From positions 4,352 through 68,351 of the forward strand of contig JAAYOD010000045.1 in the NCBI GenBank assembly GCA_012520515.1: DNA of 64,000 nt, in the 5' to 3' direction. Below the pieces are notes generated by a model. The model did no database searches, was not told the DNA's origin, and saw nothing but the letters and a program-made list of their open reading frames with translations. Shown here in pieces: positions 9,390-20,061 of the stretch. The translations under genes were made by a program, and so were the position numbers. How positions within the stretch are numbered: position 1 is the stretch's first letter; every line of letters begins with the position of its first letter. Source of the DNA: Clostridiales bacterium. GTDB lineage: Bacteria > Bacillota > Clostridia > Christensenellales > DTU072.

Positions 9390-10668
9390 CTTGTACCCCC
9401 TTTACTTTTAAGCCGTAGAACCTTTCGTTTTCGTCGTCAAAGGCCAGGAGGCAGTTAACCAAAGTTCTGGTAAGGAATACTGCAGAAAATAGTGACAAAA
9501 CTATACCTATAAATAATGTAAGAGCAAAGCTCTTTATGGCAGTAGAGCCAATGGCAAGCATTACGATAGCGCTTAAAATGGTAGTTATGTTGGAGTCTAA
9601 AATGGTTACGAAAGACTTTTTAAAGCCTGACTGTACGGCGCTAGGTATAAGTTTATTGCCAAACATCTTGTCTTCCTTTATTTGTTCAAAGATAATGACA
9701 TTAGCGTCCACTGCCATGCCTATACTGAGTATAACGCCTGCTATACCTGTTAGGGTAAGTTGCACCCAAGGCACCACTGCCAAGAAAAATATAAGCATTT
9801 CTACATAGGCAATTAGGCCAATGGCTGATGCTAGACCTAAACCTCTATAAATAGCTATCATAAATATGCAGATAAGAGCAACTCCGATAGCTGCTGCAAT
9901 AACGGCTAGGGTAAGCGCTTCACTGCCAAGTGTAGGAGAGATTGTTTCGCTCCTTTGTAGCGTCAACTTAACATTGCTTATACCTGCTCTTATACGCACA
10001 GCATGCTCGTTGGCTTGTTCGTAAGTATAGTTACCTTCAATTATGGCGTTGCCATCTGTAATTACGCTATTTACCTTGGGACTCATAACTTCTTTGTCGT
10101 CAATAAAAATGGAAATGGTCTTGCCCATATTAGCCTCAGTAGCATCGGCAAACGCTTTTGTGCCTAAGGCATTAAATTCTAGCTTTATGACATATGTCGC
10201 GTCATTCATAGCGACATAACTATCTTTAAGGTGCTCATTACCCCTTATAAGAACATTGCCTTCTTCATCTCTAAATTCTAGCGTGGCGCTTTGACCTATT
10301 AGCTTCATGAGCTCTGATGTGTCTTCAATGTTGGGAACTTCTACGCGCACTTGGTTTGTGCCTAGTTTTGAAACAATGGCTTCAGAATAGCCTTTGCTGT
10401 ATAATAGCTCTTCCAAATTTACGATAGCGCCTTGTATGTCCGAATCGGTCACTTCGCCGCCGTCTTGCAGTTTTGCTGAATATTCAGCATACATTCCGCC
10501 TTCTAAGTCAAGGCCAAGACTTATGGCTTTGCTTATCCAATAGAAATCAAAATCGCTGTTTCCTATGGCAAAGGAATCTTGTCCGTTTAAGGGAAACATA
10601 AATAACCCTAAGGTTATCATAATTACGCCTATAATGACAAGGACAATAATTGCTTTAGTTTTACTCAC
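9376..10668 (-). CDS. secD: Protein translocase subunit SecD
   Basis: 430 aa. GTG start behind GGAGG. P1 head domain and C-terminal 6-TM SecD/F region (LTLTGIAGVILSIGMAVDANV). Confidence 0.9.
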   Translation of the reverse strand: MSKTKAIIVLVIIGVIMITLGLFMFPLNGQDSFAIGNSDFDFYWISKAISLGLDLEGGMYAEYSAKLQDGGEVTDSDIQGAIVNLEELLYSKGYSEAIVSKLGTNQVRVEVPNIEDTSELMKLIGQSATLEFRDEEGNVLIRGNEHLKDSYVAMNDATYVIKLEFNALGTKAFADATEANMGKTISIFIDDKEVMSPKVNSVITDGNAIIEGNYTYEQANEHAVRIRAGISNVKLTLQRSETISPTLGSEALTLAVIAAAIGVALICIFMIAIYRGLGLASAIGLIAYVEMLIFFLAVVPWVQLTLTGIAGVILSIGMAVDANVIIFEQIKEDKMFGNKLIPSAVQSGFKKSFVTILDSNITTILSAIVMLAIGSTAIKSFALTLFIGIVLSLFSAVFLTRTLVNCLLAFDDENERFYGLKVKGVQDVQN

Positions 10669-10844
10669 CTAACAGTTGCCTCCAGTACAATACATATCGC
10701 CATAATTATTGCTTGGCGGTATTATATATATTATATATATTACTAGCTAAAAGTCAAGAATAAAATACCCGCATACGCAACCTTTTTATGCTTTTAGTCA
10801 TAATTATTTGCAATCGGTAATAGAATTTTGTGAGTGGAGGTATT

Positions 10845-11231
10845 ATGAAAAAAAAGATTATAGCTAAACAAGACATATTTGATTTGCTTCGCGGCACTAT
10901 TGTAGCGGTTATTGTATCACTTATTTTGGTGCTTATTTTTGCTCTCCTAGTCAACCTAATCGATATAGGTCAAAAAGTTATTGTTCCTGTAAATCAGGCC
11001 ATAAAGATAATTAGTATTTTTATAGGTTGCTTTATTGGTATTAAAAATAGGCAACAAGGTGTAATTAAAGGCGCTCTTATCGGACTGTTTTATACCTTTT
11101 TGTCTATATTTATTTTTGGTATTATCTCCAAAGAAATAAGCTTTAAACTTATAAACCTTGTAGATATGGCGTTTGGCATAGCTGCAGGCATTGTGTCTGG
11201 CATACTTAGCGTAAATTTGAGAAAACAATAA
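10845..11231 (+). CDS. Small 4-TM membrane protein (TIGR04086/YrzE-like)
   Basis: ORF track starts at GTG 10830. ATG at 10845 sits 5 nt after GGAGGT. 128 aa, four hydrophobic helices. Position next to yajC/secDF as in Bacillus yrzE. Confidence 0.65.
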   Translation: MKKKIIAKQDIFDLLRGTIVAVIVSLILVLIFALLVNLIDIGQKVIVPVNQAIKIISIFIGCFIGIKNRQQGVIKGALIGLFYTFLSIFIFGIISKEISFKLINLVDMAFGIAAGIVSGILSVNLRKQ

Positions 11232-11245
11232 TTTAGCTATATGCA

Positions 11246-11285
11246 AAAAGCCCAAAAGTATAAATACCTTTGGGCTTTTTGGGTA
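11246..11285. terminator. Bidirectional intrinsic terminator between membrane-protein gene (+) and yajC (-)
   Basis: Stem aaagcccaaa(11247-56)/tttgggcttt(11269-78). T-run downstream on plus, A-run upstream. Confidence 0.6.
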
Positions 11286-11300
11286 TTTTAAATCTTAAGT

Positions 11301-11606
11301 TTACATTTTTGCTCTTATAGCATTTTTGATAACAGTAACATTAACGGGATTCTCTTCGTTACCTACATTAATTATATATTTATCGTTGGGTGCGTCAATT
11401 TCGGTAATTACTCCAACAAAACCGCCTATTGTCATAACTTTATCGCCAACGGATAGAGAATTGAACATTTCGGCCATTTTCTTTTTTTGCTTTCTTTGAG
11501 GAATGATTGTCATAACAATCATTAGCACAAAGAAAATACCTAAAACACCTATCATCCACCATGTTGAGCCGCCAGCTGCTGCTGTTTGTAATAGTAAATT
11601 TATCAT
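11301..11606 (-). CDS. yajC: Preprotein translocase subunit YajC
   Basis: 101 aa. Single N-terminal TM, then QRKQKKKMAEMFNSLSVGDKVMTIGGFVG, typical of YajC. Confidence 0.9.
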   Translation of the reverse strand: MINLLLQTAAAGGSTWWMIGVLGIFFVLMIVMTIIPQRKQKKKMAEMFNSLSVGDKVMTIGGFVGVITEIDAPNDKYIINVGNEENPVNVTVIKNAIRAKM

Positions 11607-11687
11607 ATTATATCTCCTAAAAATAAAACTTATATTGTTTATGATACACTACTTAAGTATATTTTACAAGTAATTTTTAACATTTAT

Positions 11688-13825
<2,138 letters not shown>

Positions 13826-14860
13826 TTAATTTTCTTCCTTAAACATATCGTTGTAGATATAATCTCCGCCTAAGCCTAAATGCTTATAGGCAAGCTGTGT
13901 GCATACTCTGCCCCTAGGGGTGCGAGATATAAAGCCTAGCTGTAAAAGATATGGCTCATACACATCTTCAATGGTTATGGCGTCTTCGCCAGTAATTGCA
14001 GCAAGAGTGTCTAGGCCTACCGGTCCGCCGTTAAATTTTTCTATCATACATCTTAGTATATTTAAATCGATATTATCAAGCCCAAGTTCGTCTATTTCTA
14101 AGCTTGTCAAGGCCTTTTTGGCAATTTTTAGCGTAATTTTATCAGAATTTTCATACTGGGCAAAATCTCTTACTCTTTTTAAAAGTCTGTTTGCAATCCT
14201 TGGAGTGCCACGGCTACGGCTAGCTATTTCTTTACCAGCATCAGCGTCTATCTCTATGCCTAAAATTTTGGCTGAGCGCAACACGATTTGACCAAGCTCT
14301 TGGGGATTATAAAGTTCTAGACGGCAAATTACGCCAAATCTATCGCGTAAGGGAGAGCCTAGCATTCCTGCTTTTGTGGTAGCGCCTACCAGCGTAAACT
14401 TCTTTAGCGGAATGCGTATAGTTCTTGCGCTAGGACCTTTGCCAAGCACCATATCCAGTCCAAAGTCTTCCATTGCTGGATATAGCATTTCTTCTACATT
14501 ATGATTAAGTCTATGAATTTCATCAATAAAAAGCACATCGCCTGTTTGCAAGTTGCTTAAAATAGCCGCTAAATCCCCTGCTTTTTCAATGGCAGGTCCG
14601 CTTGTCATTCTTATCTCTGCTTGCATTTCGTTGGCAATAATGTGACTTAAGGTTGTTTTGCCTAATCCAGGCGGGCCATACAAAAGCACATGGTCTAGGC
14701 ATTCGCCACGCTTCTTTGCCGAATGCATAAAAATACTTAGATTATTTTTAATCTTTTCTTGCCCAATATATTCAGTAAGCTGTTTAGGACGCAAAATATT
14801 TTCATTTTCGTCGTCTATAAGTTCTTGGGCGGAGATAATTCTTCCTTGGTCGTCCTGCAT
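13826..14860 (-). CDS. ruvB: Holliday junction branch migration helicase RuvB
   Basis: 344 aa. Walker [10 protein letters not shown], Walker B FIDEIHRL, sensor/arginine finger region. Confidence 0.95.
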   Translation of the reverse strand: MQDDQGRIISAQELIDDENENILRPKQLTEYIGQEKIKNNLSIFMHSAKKRGECLDHVLLYGPPGLGKTTLSHIIANEMQAEIRMTSGPAIEKAGDLAAILSNLQTGDVLFIDEIHRLNHNVEEMLYPAMEDFGLDMVLGKGPSARTIRIPLKKFTLVGATTKAGMLGSPLRDRFGVICRLELYNPQELGQIVLRSAKILGIEIDADAGKEIASRSRGTPRIANRLLKRVRDFAQYENSDKITLKIAKKALTSLEIDELGLDNIDLNILRCMIEKFNGGPVGLDTLAAITGEDAITIEDVYEPYLLQLGFISRTPRGRVCTQLAYKHLGLGGDYIYNDMFKEEN

Positions 14861-14880
14861 CTTTGTTTATACCTCAAAAA

Positions 14881-15477
14881 CTAGCATAAATTTCTTAGCG
14901 CAATAGCAATAATTTCTTCTATCTTATCCGTTTGTGTTTTGGCTTGCTTGACAGCTTTTAGCGCATCTTGGTTGGATATGCCCAATGCTCTTAGAGCGCT
15001 GACTGCGTCTATTATGTCTTTGTCGTTCTCTTCGCTTTGCATAATTTCGCCGCTTGAAATAAGTGTAGCTGACTGTGAGTCTATGCTCTCTTTTAACTCT
15101 AAAATTATTCTTTCCGCTGTCTTTTTGCCTATGCCTTTAACCTTTGTAAGCGTTTTGACATCACCAGACAGAATACATAAAGCAAGTTGTCCTATCTCTA
15201 TGCCAGAAAGTATACTTATGGCAGCTTTTGGGCCTACGCCTGAAATAGTAATAAGTTTTAGGAACATATCTTTTTCTTCTTTAGTGAAAAAGCCGTATAA
15301 AAGCATTGCGTCATCGCGCACATGCAAATAGGTGTGGATTTTTACAAAAGTTCCTGCTTGATTTATGCTAGCTATTGTGGAATTACTGACAGTAAGCTCA
15401 AATCCCATTGAGTTATTTTCCAAAATAAGCGTATTACCTATAATTGCTACTACTTCGCCTTTAATATATCCTATCAT
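14881..15477 (-). CDS. ruvA: Holliday junction DNA-binding protein RuvA
   Basis: ORF-track ORF (to 15627) has a spurious 50-codon extension overlapping ruvC. The true start is ATG 15477 (MIGYIKGEV...). HhH motifs GVGPKAA and GIGKKTAERI. Confidence 0.9.
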   Translation of the reverse strand: MIGYIKGEVVAIIGNTLILENNSMGFELTVSNSTIASINQAGTFVKIHTYLHVRDDAMLLYGFFTKEEKDMFLKLITISGVGPKAAISILSGIEIGQLALCILSGDVKTLTKVKGIGKKTAERIILELKESIDSQSATLISSGEIMQSEENDKDIIDAVSALRALGISNQDALKAVKQAKTQTDKIEEIIAIALRNLC

Positions 15478-15491
15478 TTTCTGTCCTTTAT

Positions 15492-15983
15492 CTATACTCT
15501 GCTTAGTTCTGCAAACCTGCCTGATTGCGCATGAGTTAGCGCAACGGCTAAAGCGTCGGCGGCATCGTCGGGTTTGGGTATTTTGCTTAGTCCTAATAGT
15601 AGAGTTACCATATGCTGAATTTGGCACTTTTCCGCTCTGCCATAACCCGTCATAGCCTGCTTTATTTGCAAGGGTGTATATTCATACAGGTTTTTATTCT
15701 TTTTATGCACGGTAAGAAGTATTGCTCCCCTTGCCTCAGCAACAGAAATTGCTGTCTTTTGATTCTTTTGAAAAAACAGTTCTTCAATAGCGATTGCATC
15801 AGGTTTGTATTTTTCCATCAATTCATCTATACACTGACTGATTTTGGCAAGCCTTGTAGGCAGGCTGTCTGTTTTTGGCGTGGAGATAATGCCGTAATCG
15901 ATAGCTTTACATTTGTTGCCTTGTTGAGATATTACACCAAAACCAACGGTAGCATACCCCGGGTCAATACCTAAAATTACCAT
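15492..15983 (-). CDS. ruvC: Crossover junction endodeoxyribonuclease RuvC
   Basis: Track start 15998 is GTG. ATG at 15983 gives the canonical MVILGIDPGYATVGFG N-terminus. Catalytic D/E residues (GIDPG, AIEELF). Confidence 0.9.
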   Translation of the reverse strand: MVILGIDPGYATVGFGVISQQGNKCKAIDYGIISTPKTDSLPTRLAKISQCIDELMEKYKPDAIAIEELFFQKNQKTAISVAEARGAILLTVHKKNKNLYEYTPLQIKQAMTGYGRAEKCQIQHMVTLLLGLSKIPKPDDAADALAVALTHAQSGRFAELSRV

Positions 15984-16034
15984 AGCTATATAATACACAA
16001 AAATAGCTGCTTAAGTCAATCTAATATGTAATCA

Positions 16035-16709
16035 TTACATAATTTTGTAGATATTACGGCGTAAATTACTAATTAAAGCGTCATCTCTAGACTCTAGTTC
16101 TTTGTCAAGCAGAATTATACCGCCGTCGCCAAGCACTATTATTCTATCGGCAAGAAGCAACGCTTCTTCAATGTCGTGAGTGACAAAGATTGTAGTTTTT
16201 TTGTCATTATTGAATAAATCTTGGAAAATTTTTATGATGTGTTTTTTAAGTGAAATGTCAAGCCCCTTAAAAGGTTCGTCCATTAGTAAAATTTTGCTAG
16301 GGTACACAAAGGCTCTAGCTAAGCTTACTCTTTGCGCCATACCGCCACTTAGCTGTTTTGGATACATATGCTTGTTTTCTTTAAGCTTTACAAGCTTTAG
16401 AATATCATTAATTTTTTCTTCTATCTCGTTAGATGAAAAATTGCAATTTTTAAGTACATATCTTAAATTTCCTGCTACTGTAAGATTGTTTAGCAGTCTT
16501 TGGTTTTGAAAAATGTAGCTAATTTTTTCATTCTCTACATCGGTTTTGCCTTGATAGTCTGTAAGGTGAGCAATTATGTTAAGCAGAGTTGTTTTTCCAC
16601 AACCTGATTTGCCTAAGATACAGGTTATTTTATTATCTTGAATAGTTAAATTAAAATTATCAAAAACTGTATTGTCGTCATAGCGTTTAGTAATACTAGT
16701 TAGTTTCAT
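16035..16709 (-). CDS. ABC transporter ATP-binding protein (NitT/TauT-type importer)
   Basis: ATG 16709 overlaps the permease stop as ATGA (track used GTG 16718). Walker A GKSGCGKTT, LSGGMAQRVSLARA, LLMDEPFKGLD, VTHD. Confidence 0.9.
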   Translation of the reverse strand: MKLTSITKRYDDNTVFDNFNLTIQDNKITCILGKSGCGKTTLLNIIAHLTDYQGKTDVENEKISYIFQNQRLLNNLTVAGNLRYVLKNCNFSSNEIEEKINDILKLVKLKENKHMYPKQLSGGMAQRVSLARAFVYPSKILLMDEPFKGLDISLKKHIIKIFQDLFNNDKKTTIFVTHDIEEALLLADRIIVLGDGGIILLDKELESRDDALISNLRRNIYKIM

Positions 16710-17464
16710 TTTTCCCACCTTATAGTTGCTTTTTTAATAGAGTAAACAATAATCTCTAAGAGATAGCTTAAAATTATTGCTACAAGTGTCCAAGCAAGCA
16801 ATTGAGCCGTTTCTAAATACGCCTTTGACATTTGCATCATTACCCCCATAGATATTTTTGTTTGGGCAAGCACTTCTGCTGAAATAATGATTTTTAGATT
16901 TAGTGAAATTGTAGAGCGTACAGTGTCAAAAAATGATGGCGCGATGTTGGGCAAATAAAGCGACAGTACCATATCTTTTTTGCTGACATTGTAAGCTTTA
17001 CTCATTTGAATAAGGTCATTATCTACGCTTATTATTGCAGTGTAAAAACTGCTATACATAATAGGAAAAACAATGACAAAACCAATTAGTAACGGACTTG
17101 TTTGGGGGTTTAGCCATATTATTGTAAGTAAAATAAGACTCATTGTGGGAATTGCTCTCACAACGGTAACAATAGGTGACAATAGTTTATTTAAAAAAGG
17201 TAAAAATGCGCTTATAATAGCAAGCGCTATTGCCATTATAAATGCCAACAGAAAGCTAATCAGCGTGCGGTTTAGCGTGCCTAAGATTGCGCTATAAAAT
17301 TGTTTTTGCCCTAATAATGCAAAAAATTCTTTTACGGTGGCGGAGATTGATGGAATAATAAGCTCTATATCAACAACTTTTGCCGTGACAAACCATATTA
17401 GGATAAGCAATCCTAAAGAGATAACGGGATAAATTATGTTTTTATAGAGCTTATTTGTCTTCAT
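16706..17464 (-). CDS. ABC transporter permease (NitT/TauT family, BPD_transp_1)
   Basis: 252 aa, 6 TM. EAA-like loop (SKAYNVSKKDMVLSLYLPNIAPSF). Confidence 0.85.
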   Translation of the reverse strand: MKTNKLYKNIIYPVISLGLLILIWFVTAKVVDIELIIPSISATVKEFFALLGQKQFYSAILGTLNRTLISFLLAFIMAIALAIISAFLPFLNKLLSPIVTVVRAIPTMSLILLTIIWLNPQTSPLLIGFVIVFPIMYSSFYTAIISVDNDLIQMSKAYNVSKKDMVLSLYLPNIAPSFFDTVRSTISLNLKIIISAEVLAQTKISMGVMMQMSKAYLETAQLLAWTLVAIILSYLLEIIVYSIKKATIRWEK

Positions 17465-18415
17465 TTATTTAATATCCTGATAAAAAGCGTCATCTGGGAT
17501 CTCGCCTACAAAAGCAGGGTTAAATGCTTGCATAGTTTCTAGGTATAGCGTGACATTTTCTTTAGCTTGGCTAGCTGTGACAAAGTCTACATTGCAATTT
17601 TCTATTACTTTATTACTGCCAAAGCTAACCATACTGCCTTTTTCGTATAGTATTGAATTTACGCCTTCATAGTTATCTTTTATCCACTCTACATTTTCTT
17701 GCATGGCTTTGTTAAAGGCAAGTAAAAATTCTTTATGCTCTTTTACAGTATCACCTGTAGCTACTGTAGATACTTGGGGATAGCCTGCAAAACCTGTGAG
17801 CTTTTGCCACTCTTCTTGCAAGTTAAATAGAATTTTAGTGTCGGCTTTTTGCGTACTCATAGTAACGGCAGGCTCGCCAAGCACAGCAAATTTTGCACTG
17901 CCTGCTTTAAGCTGTGGGATAGCTTCGCTTGCTTCTTTTACATACTGTATAGTTACTTGGTCTTTGCCAATACCATTAGTTTGAAGGATATATTGCAACA
18001 TAAAATCAGGGGTAGCGCCTTGACCTATGCTAAGTATTTTTTGACCTTTTAGCTGGTCTAAACTGTCTATATCTTCAGTGCCTACTATATAAAGCACGCC
18101 AAAAACATTGCTTGAAATTAGCTTAATATCCATATCTTGAGAATATAGCTTAGATGCAATATTGGTAGGCAAAATGGCAATGTTGGTAGATTTTTGCGAT
18201 AAACTTGCAGTAATCTCTTGCACACCTGAAACTATTTCAAAATTGACATTATAGCCTTTATAAGTAAAGTCTTTCATTAGTTTTGCAACAGCAAGCGCTG
18301 GCGCGCCGTCAGGTAAGCTAATGGTTATTGTATTAAATTTGTCTGTGTTTGTGCAAGATACTAAAACTGCTACCGTTAGTATGATTGCAAAAACTATTAT
18401 TAGTACTTTTTTCAT
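17465..18415 (-). CDS. ABC transporter substrate-binding lipoprotein (NMT1/THI5-like, SsuA/ThiY-type)
   Basis: 316 aa. Lipobox LVSC after signal peptide. Periplasmic-binding fold pattern of the NitT/TauT family. Substrate not assignable. Confidence 0.8.
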   Translation of the reverse strand: MKKVLIIVFAIILTVAVLVSCTNTDKFNTITISLPDGAPALAVAKLMKDFTYKGYNVNFEIVSGVQEITASLSQKSTNIAILPTNIASKLYSQDMDIKLISSNVFGVLYIVGTEDIDSLDQLKGQKILSIGQGATPDFMLQYILQTNGIGKDQVTIQYVKEASEAIPQLKAGSAKFAVLGEPAVTMSTQKADTKILFNLQEEWQKLTGFAGYPQVSTVATGDTVKEHKEFLLAFNKAMQENVEWIKDNYEGVNSILYEKGSMVSFGSNKVIENCNVDFVTASQAKENVTLYLETMQAFNPAFVGEIPDDAFYQDIK

Positions 18416-18436
18416 ATCTAACCTCCTAAAAATTTG

Positions 18437-18691
18437 TTATTCTGTAACTACTTTGGTAAGCGCGCTTTTTACATTGACGCCTTGTACTCTGCCAAGCCTT
18501 CCTGTTAGGGCGCTTATTCTTTCATTAGAACCTTTAACTGTAACACTTACTGTGCCAATGTTATGCTCTAAGTCGGGTATGCCCATTCTGCCAATAATAA
18601 TGTCGGAAAAGTCGCTGAGTATGTTTTGCACTTCAATGCTGGAAACCTGTGGATTACTAATTACTATTCCAACTACGCCTATTCTTTTCAT
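18437..18691 (-). CDS. TM1266-family small ACT-like protein (annotated elsewhere as putative iron-only hydrogenase system regulator)
   Basis: 84 aa. Pattern GIVI..(11)..NILS.FSD.IIGRMGIP......I.V.V.GS...ISALTGRLG...GV.VK parallels Thermotoga TM1266 as recalled. First gene of the ABC operon with a strong GGAGGA RBS. Confidence 0.6.
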   Translation of the reverse strand: MKRIGVVGIVISNPQVSSIEVQNILSDFSDIIIGRMGIPDLEHNIGTVSVTVKGSNERISALTGRLGRVQGVNVKSALTKVVTE

Positions 18692-18724
18692 TCTTTTTCC
18701 TCCTAGCTTAGTATTAGGAATTAA

Positions 18725-18767
18725 TAAAAAAACTCTACCTAAAAGATTTTGCGTCCATTAGGTAGAG
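18725..18767 (-). terminator. Intrinsic terminator / attenuator in the leader of the TM1266-like-ABC operon
   Basis: Minus strand ctctacctaa-15 nt loop-ttaggtagag (10 bp) followed by UUUUUUUA. It lies only about 30 nt upstream of the RBS of 18691 and 113 nt downstream of the stop of 18880..19815. Confidence 0.6.
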
Positions 18768-18879
18768 TAATAGTTACGATTTTAAAAATATATTATTTTA
18801 TAAATTTAAAGCTGCCATCTCCGAACGCATCATCGATTTTAGGTTTCTAATTATAGTTTATGTTATGGAGAATCTATTG

Positions 18880-19815
18880 TCAATCAAAATATATAAGTTT
18901 TTCGCTATTTTTGTCAAATATCAAAAGTGAGCCTATATCAATGTCATTTCCATCTAGCGTATAGCATACCAAAACACAAGAGTCTATATAGATAGCATTT
19001 ATAAGTTTATCCTGCTCTATGAGTATTTCTCTATCTCTGATCGTAAGGTATAAACCTTTTTCGCCGTTATAAATATGTGATTCTTCCACAATGGCATTTT
19101 CTCTAAAAAGTCTATAAGTTAATACATTTTTTGGCTTTGCGGTTATGCTAGCTAAGCTACCTGACTGCAATTGCACGCCATAATTAAGGATAATGACATT
19201 ATCTTTAAGAGTCTTTGTTTCTTCAATAGACGATGTGGCATATACAACAGGCGCAAGGTTGCTAAGTTTTCTTAAGTATGGCAACATTTTTTCAAACATT
19301 TTTGCTCTTAAATCGTCTTTAAAAGTATATAGTGGGTCATCTATTAAATAATAATCGCTTTCTCTTACAAAAAGCCTTGCAAGCGCAACTTCAAACTTTT
19401 CTTGCAAGCTTAATTTTTTAATTTTAATATCCTTTATAGATGTTAATTCAAACTCTTGCAAAATTTCATTAATTTTTTGTTGGGCAATAGCACTATCTAC
19501 ATTTCTTATTTTTAGTGGATACATAAGGTTGTAAAATACTGTTTTGCTGTCAAAAAGACCTAAGTCATCATAAAGAACTGATGCATTTCTGTCTTTTATA
19601 GGCAAAACCGTTATGTTTTTACCGCTTGAAAAAACTTCTCCCCTGCTTATTTTAACTAAACCTGCAAGGGATTTGATAAGGGATGTTTTTCCGCTTTCTA
19701 GTGGCGCTAAGACTGTCAATATTTGACCTTGAGAGATGTCAAAATTGATATTTTGCAATGCCAGCGCAGCAAAATTGTACTGCACATATAGATTATTTAC
19801 CTTAAGAGATTTCAT
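18880..19815 (-). CDS. MalK/UgpC-like ABC ATPase homolog with degenerate catalytic motifs (probable pseudo-ATPase) plus C-terminal OB/TOBE-like domain
   Basis: 311 aa, collinear with MalK. Walker A APLESGKTS, Q-loop Q replaced (LYDDLG), signature LSLQEKFEVALAR, Walker B YYLIDDP (no catalytic Glu), H-loop YATSSI (no His). Confidence 0.75.
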   Translation of the reverse strand: MKSLKVNNLYVQYNFAALALQNINFDISQGQILTVLAPLESGKTSLIKSLAGLVKISRGEVFSSGKNITVLPIKDRNASVLYDDLGLFDSKTVFYNLMYPLKIRNVDSAIAQQKINEILQEFELTSIKDIKIKKLSLQEKFEVALARLFVRESDYYLIDDPLYTFKDDLRAKMFEKMLPYLRKLSNLAPVVYATSSIEETKTLKDNVIILNYGVQLQSGSLASITAKPKNVLTYRLFRENAIVEESHIYNGEKGLYLTIRDREILIEQDKLINAIYIDSCVLVCYTLDGNDIDIGSLLIFDKNSEKLIYFD

Positions 19816-19858
19816 AATATTATGTTAGCAAAAAGCAAAGAAAATAGCAATTATTCTC

Positions 19859-19887
19859 TTGACAAAGAAAATAAATAGGTCTATGAT
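19859..19887 (+). promoter_or_regulatory. Sigma-A-type promoter of the thiamine salvage operon
   Basis: TTGACA (19859-64), 17-nt spacer, TATGAT (19882-87), about 20 nt upstream of the TPP aptamer. Confidence 0.6.
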
Positions 19888-19905
19888 GAAAATATCATAG
19901 AAATA

Positions 19906-19985
19906 TTGCTAGGGGTGACGGGTGTTCCGTCTGAGAATAAACCCTCTGAACTTGCGTGATGATTACAACTCACGAAAGGAAGCAA
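19906..19985 (+). promoter_or_regulatory. TPP (THI-box) riboswitch aptamer
   Basis: P1 ttgct/agcaa. Conserved aggggtg...ctgagaa...accc.ctgaac...cgaaaggaag core. Upstream of ThiT/TPK genes. Confidence 0.85.
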
Positions 19986-19998
19986 ACTTGCTTTTTAG

Positions 19999-20030
19999 CT
20001 CATAAGCGTAGTTTGCTTACGAGCCTTTTT
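19999..20030 (+). terminator. Riboswitch expression-platform terminator
   Basis: Stem ctcataagc(19999-20007)/gcttacgag(20015-23) with one mismatch, followed by ccTTTTTc. 30 nt before the RBS AAGGAG of 20062. Confidence 0.6.
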
Positions 20031-20061
20031 CATTTAAGCCGTAGCAATAAAGGAGACTAAT

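Noticed and set aside
10721-10742. Alternating AT tract (attatatatattatatatatta) between secD and the divergent membrane-protein gene
   Set aside because: It is a short simple-sequence tract in an AT-rich divergent promoter region, with no repeat-unit structure or flanking features suggesting a mobile element or array.
10754-11255. Two minus-strand ORFs (66 and 99 aa) overlapping the small membrane-protein gene
   Set aside because: The plus-strand ORF has a GGAGGT RBS, four clean TM helices and a terminator. The minus-strand frames are Tyr/Lys/Asn-rich AT-driven artefacts.
15478-15627. N-terminal 50-codon extension of the ruvA ORF (and similar extensions of pgi to 23313, ruvC to 15998, the ABC ATPase to 16718 and alr to 35271)
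   Set aside because: The extensions overlap the upstream genes, start at weak or non-ATG codons, and add Arg/Cys-rich or otherwise non-homologous residues. Internal ATGs with proper RBS and canonical N-termini (MIGYIKGE, MANKVQAIKF, MVILGIDPG) are preferred.
18798-18833. 11-codon minus-strand mini-ORF (MMRSEMAALNL) in the leader as a possible attenuation leader peptide
   Set aside because: No Shine-Dalgarno sequence precedes it, and it has no run of a regulatory amino-acid codon.
18692-18879. TPP riboswitch upstream of the NMT1/THI5-type ABC operon
   Set aside because: I looked for the CUGAGA box and the ACCUGAUCUGG-like element on the minus strand. Neither is present, unlike the clear THI-box at 19906-19985.
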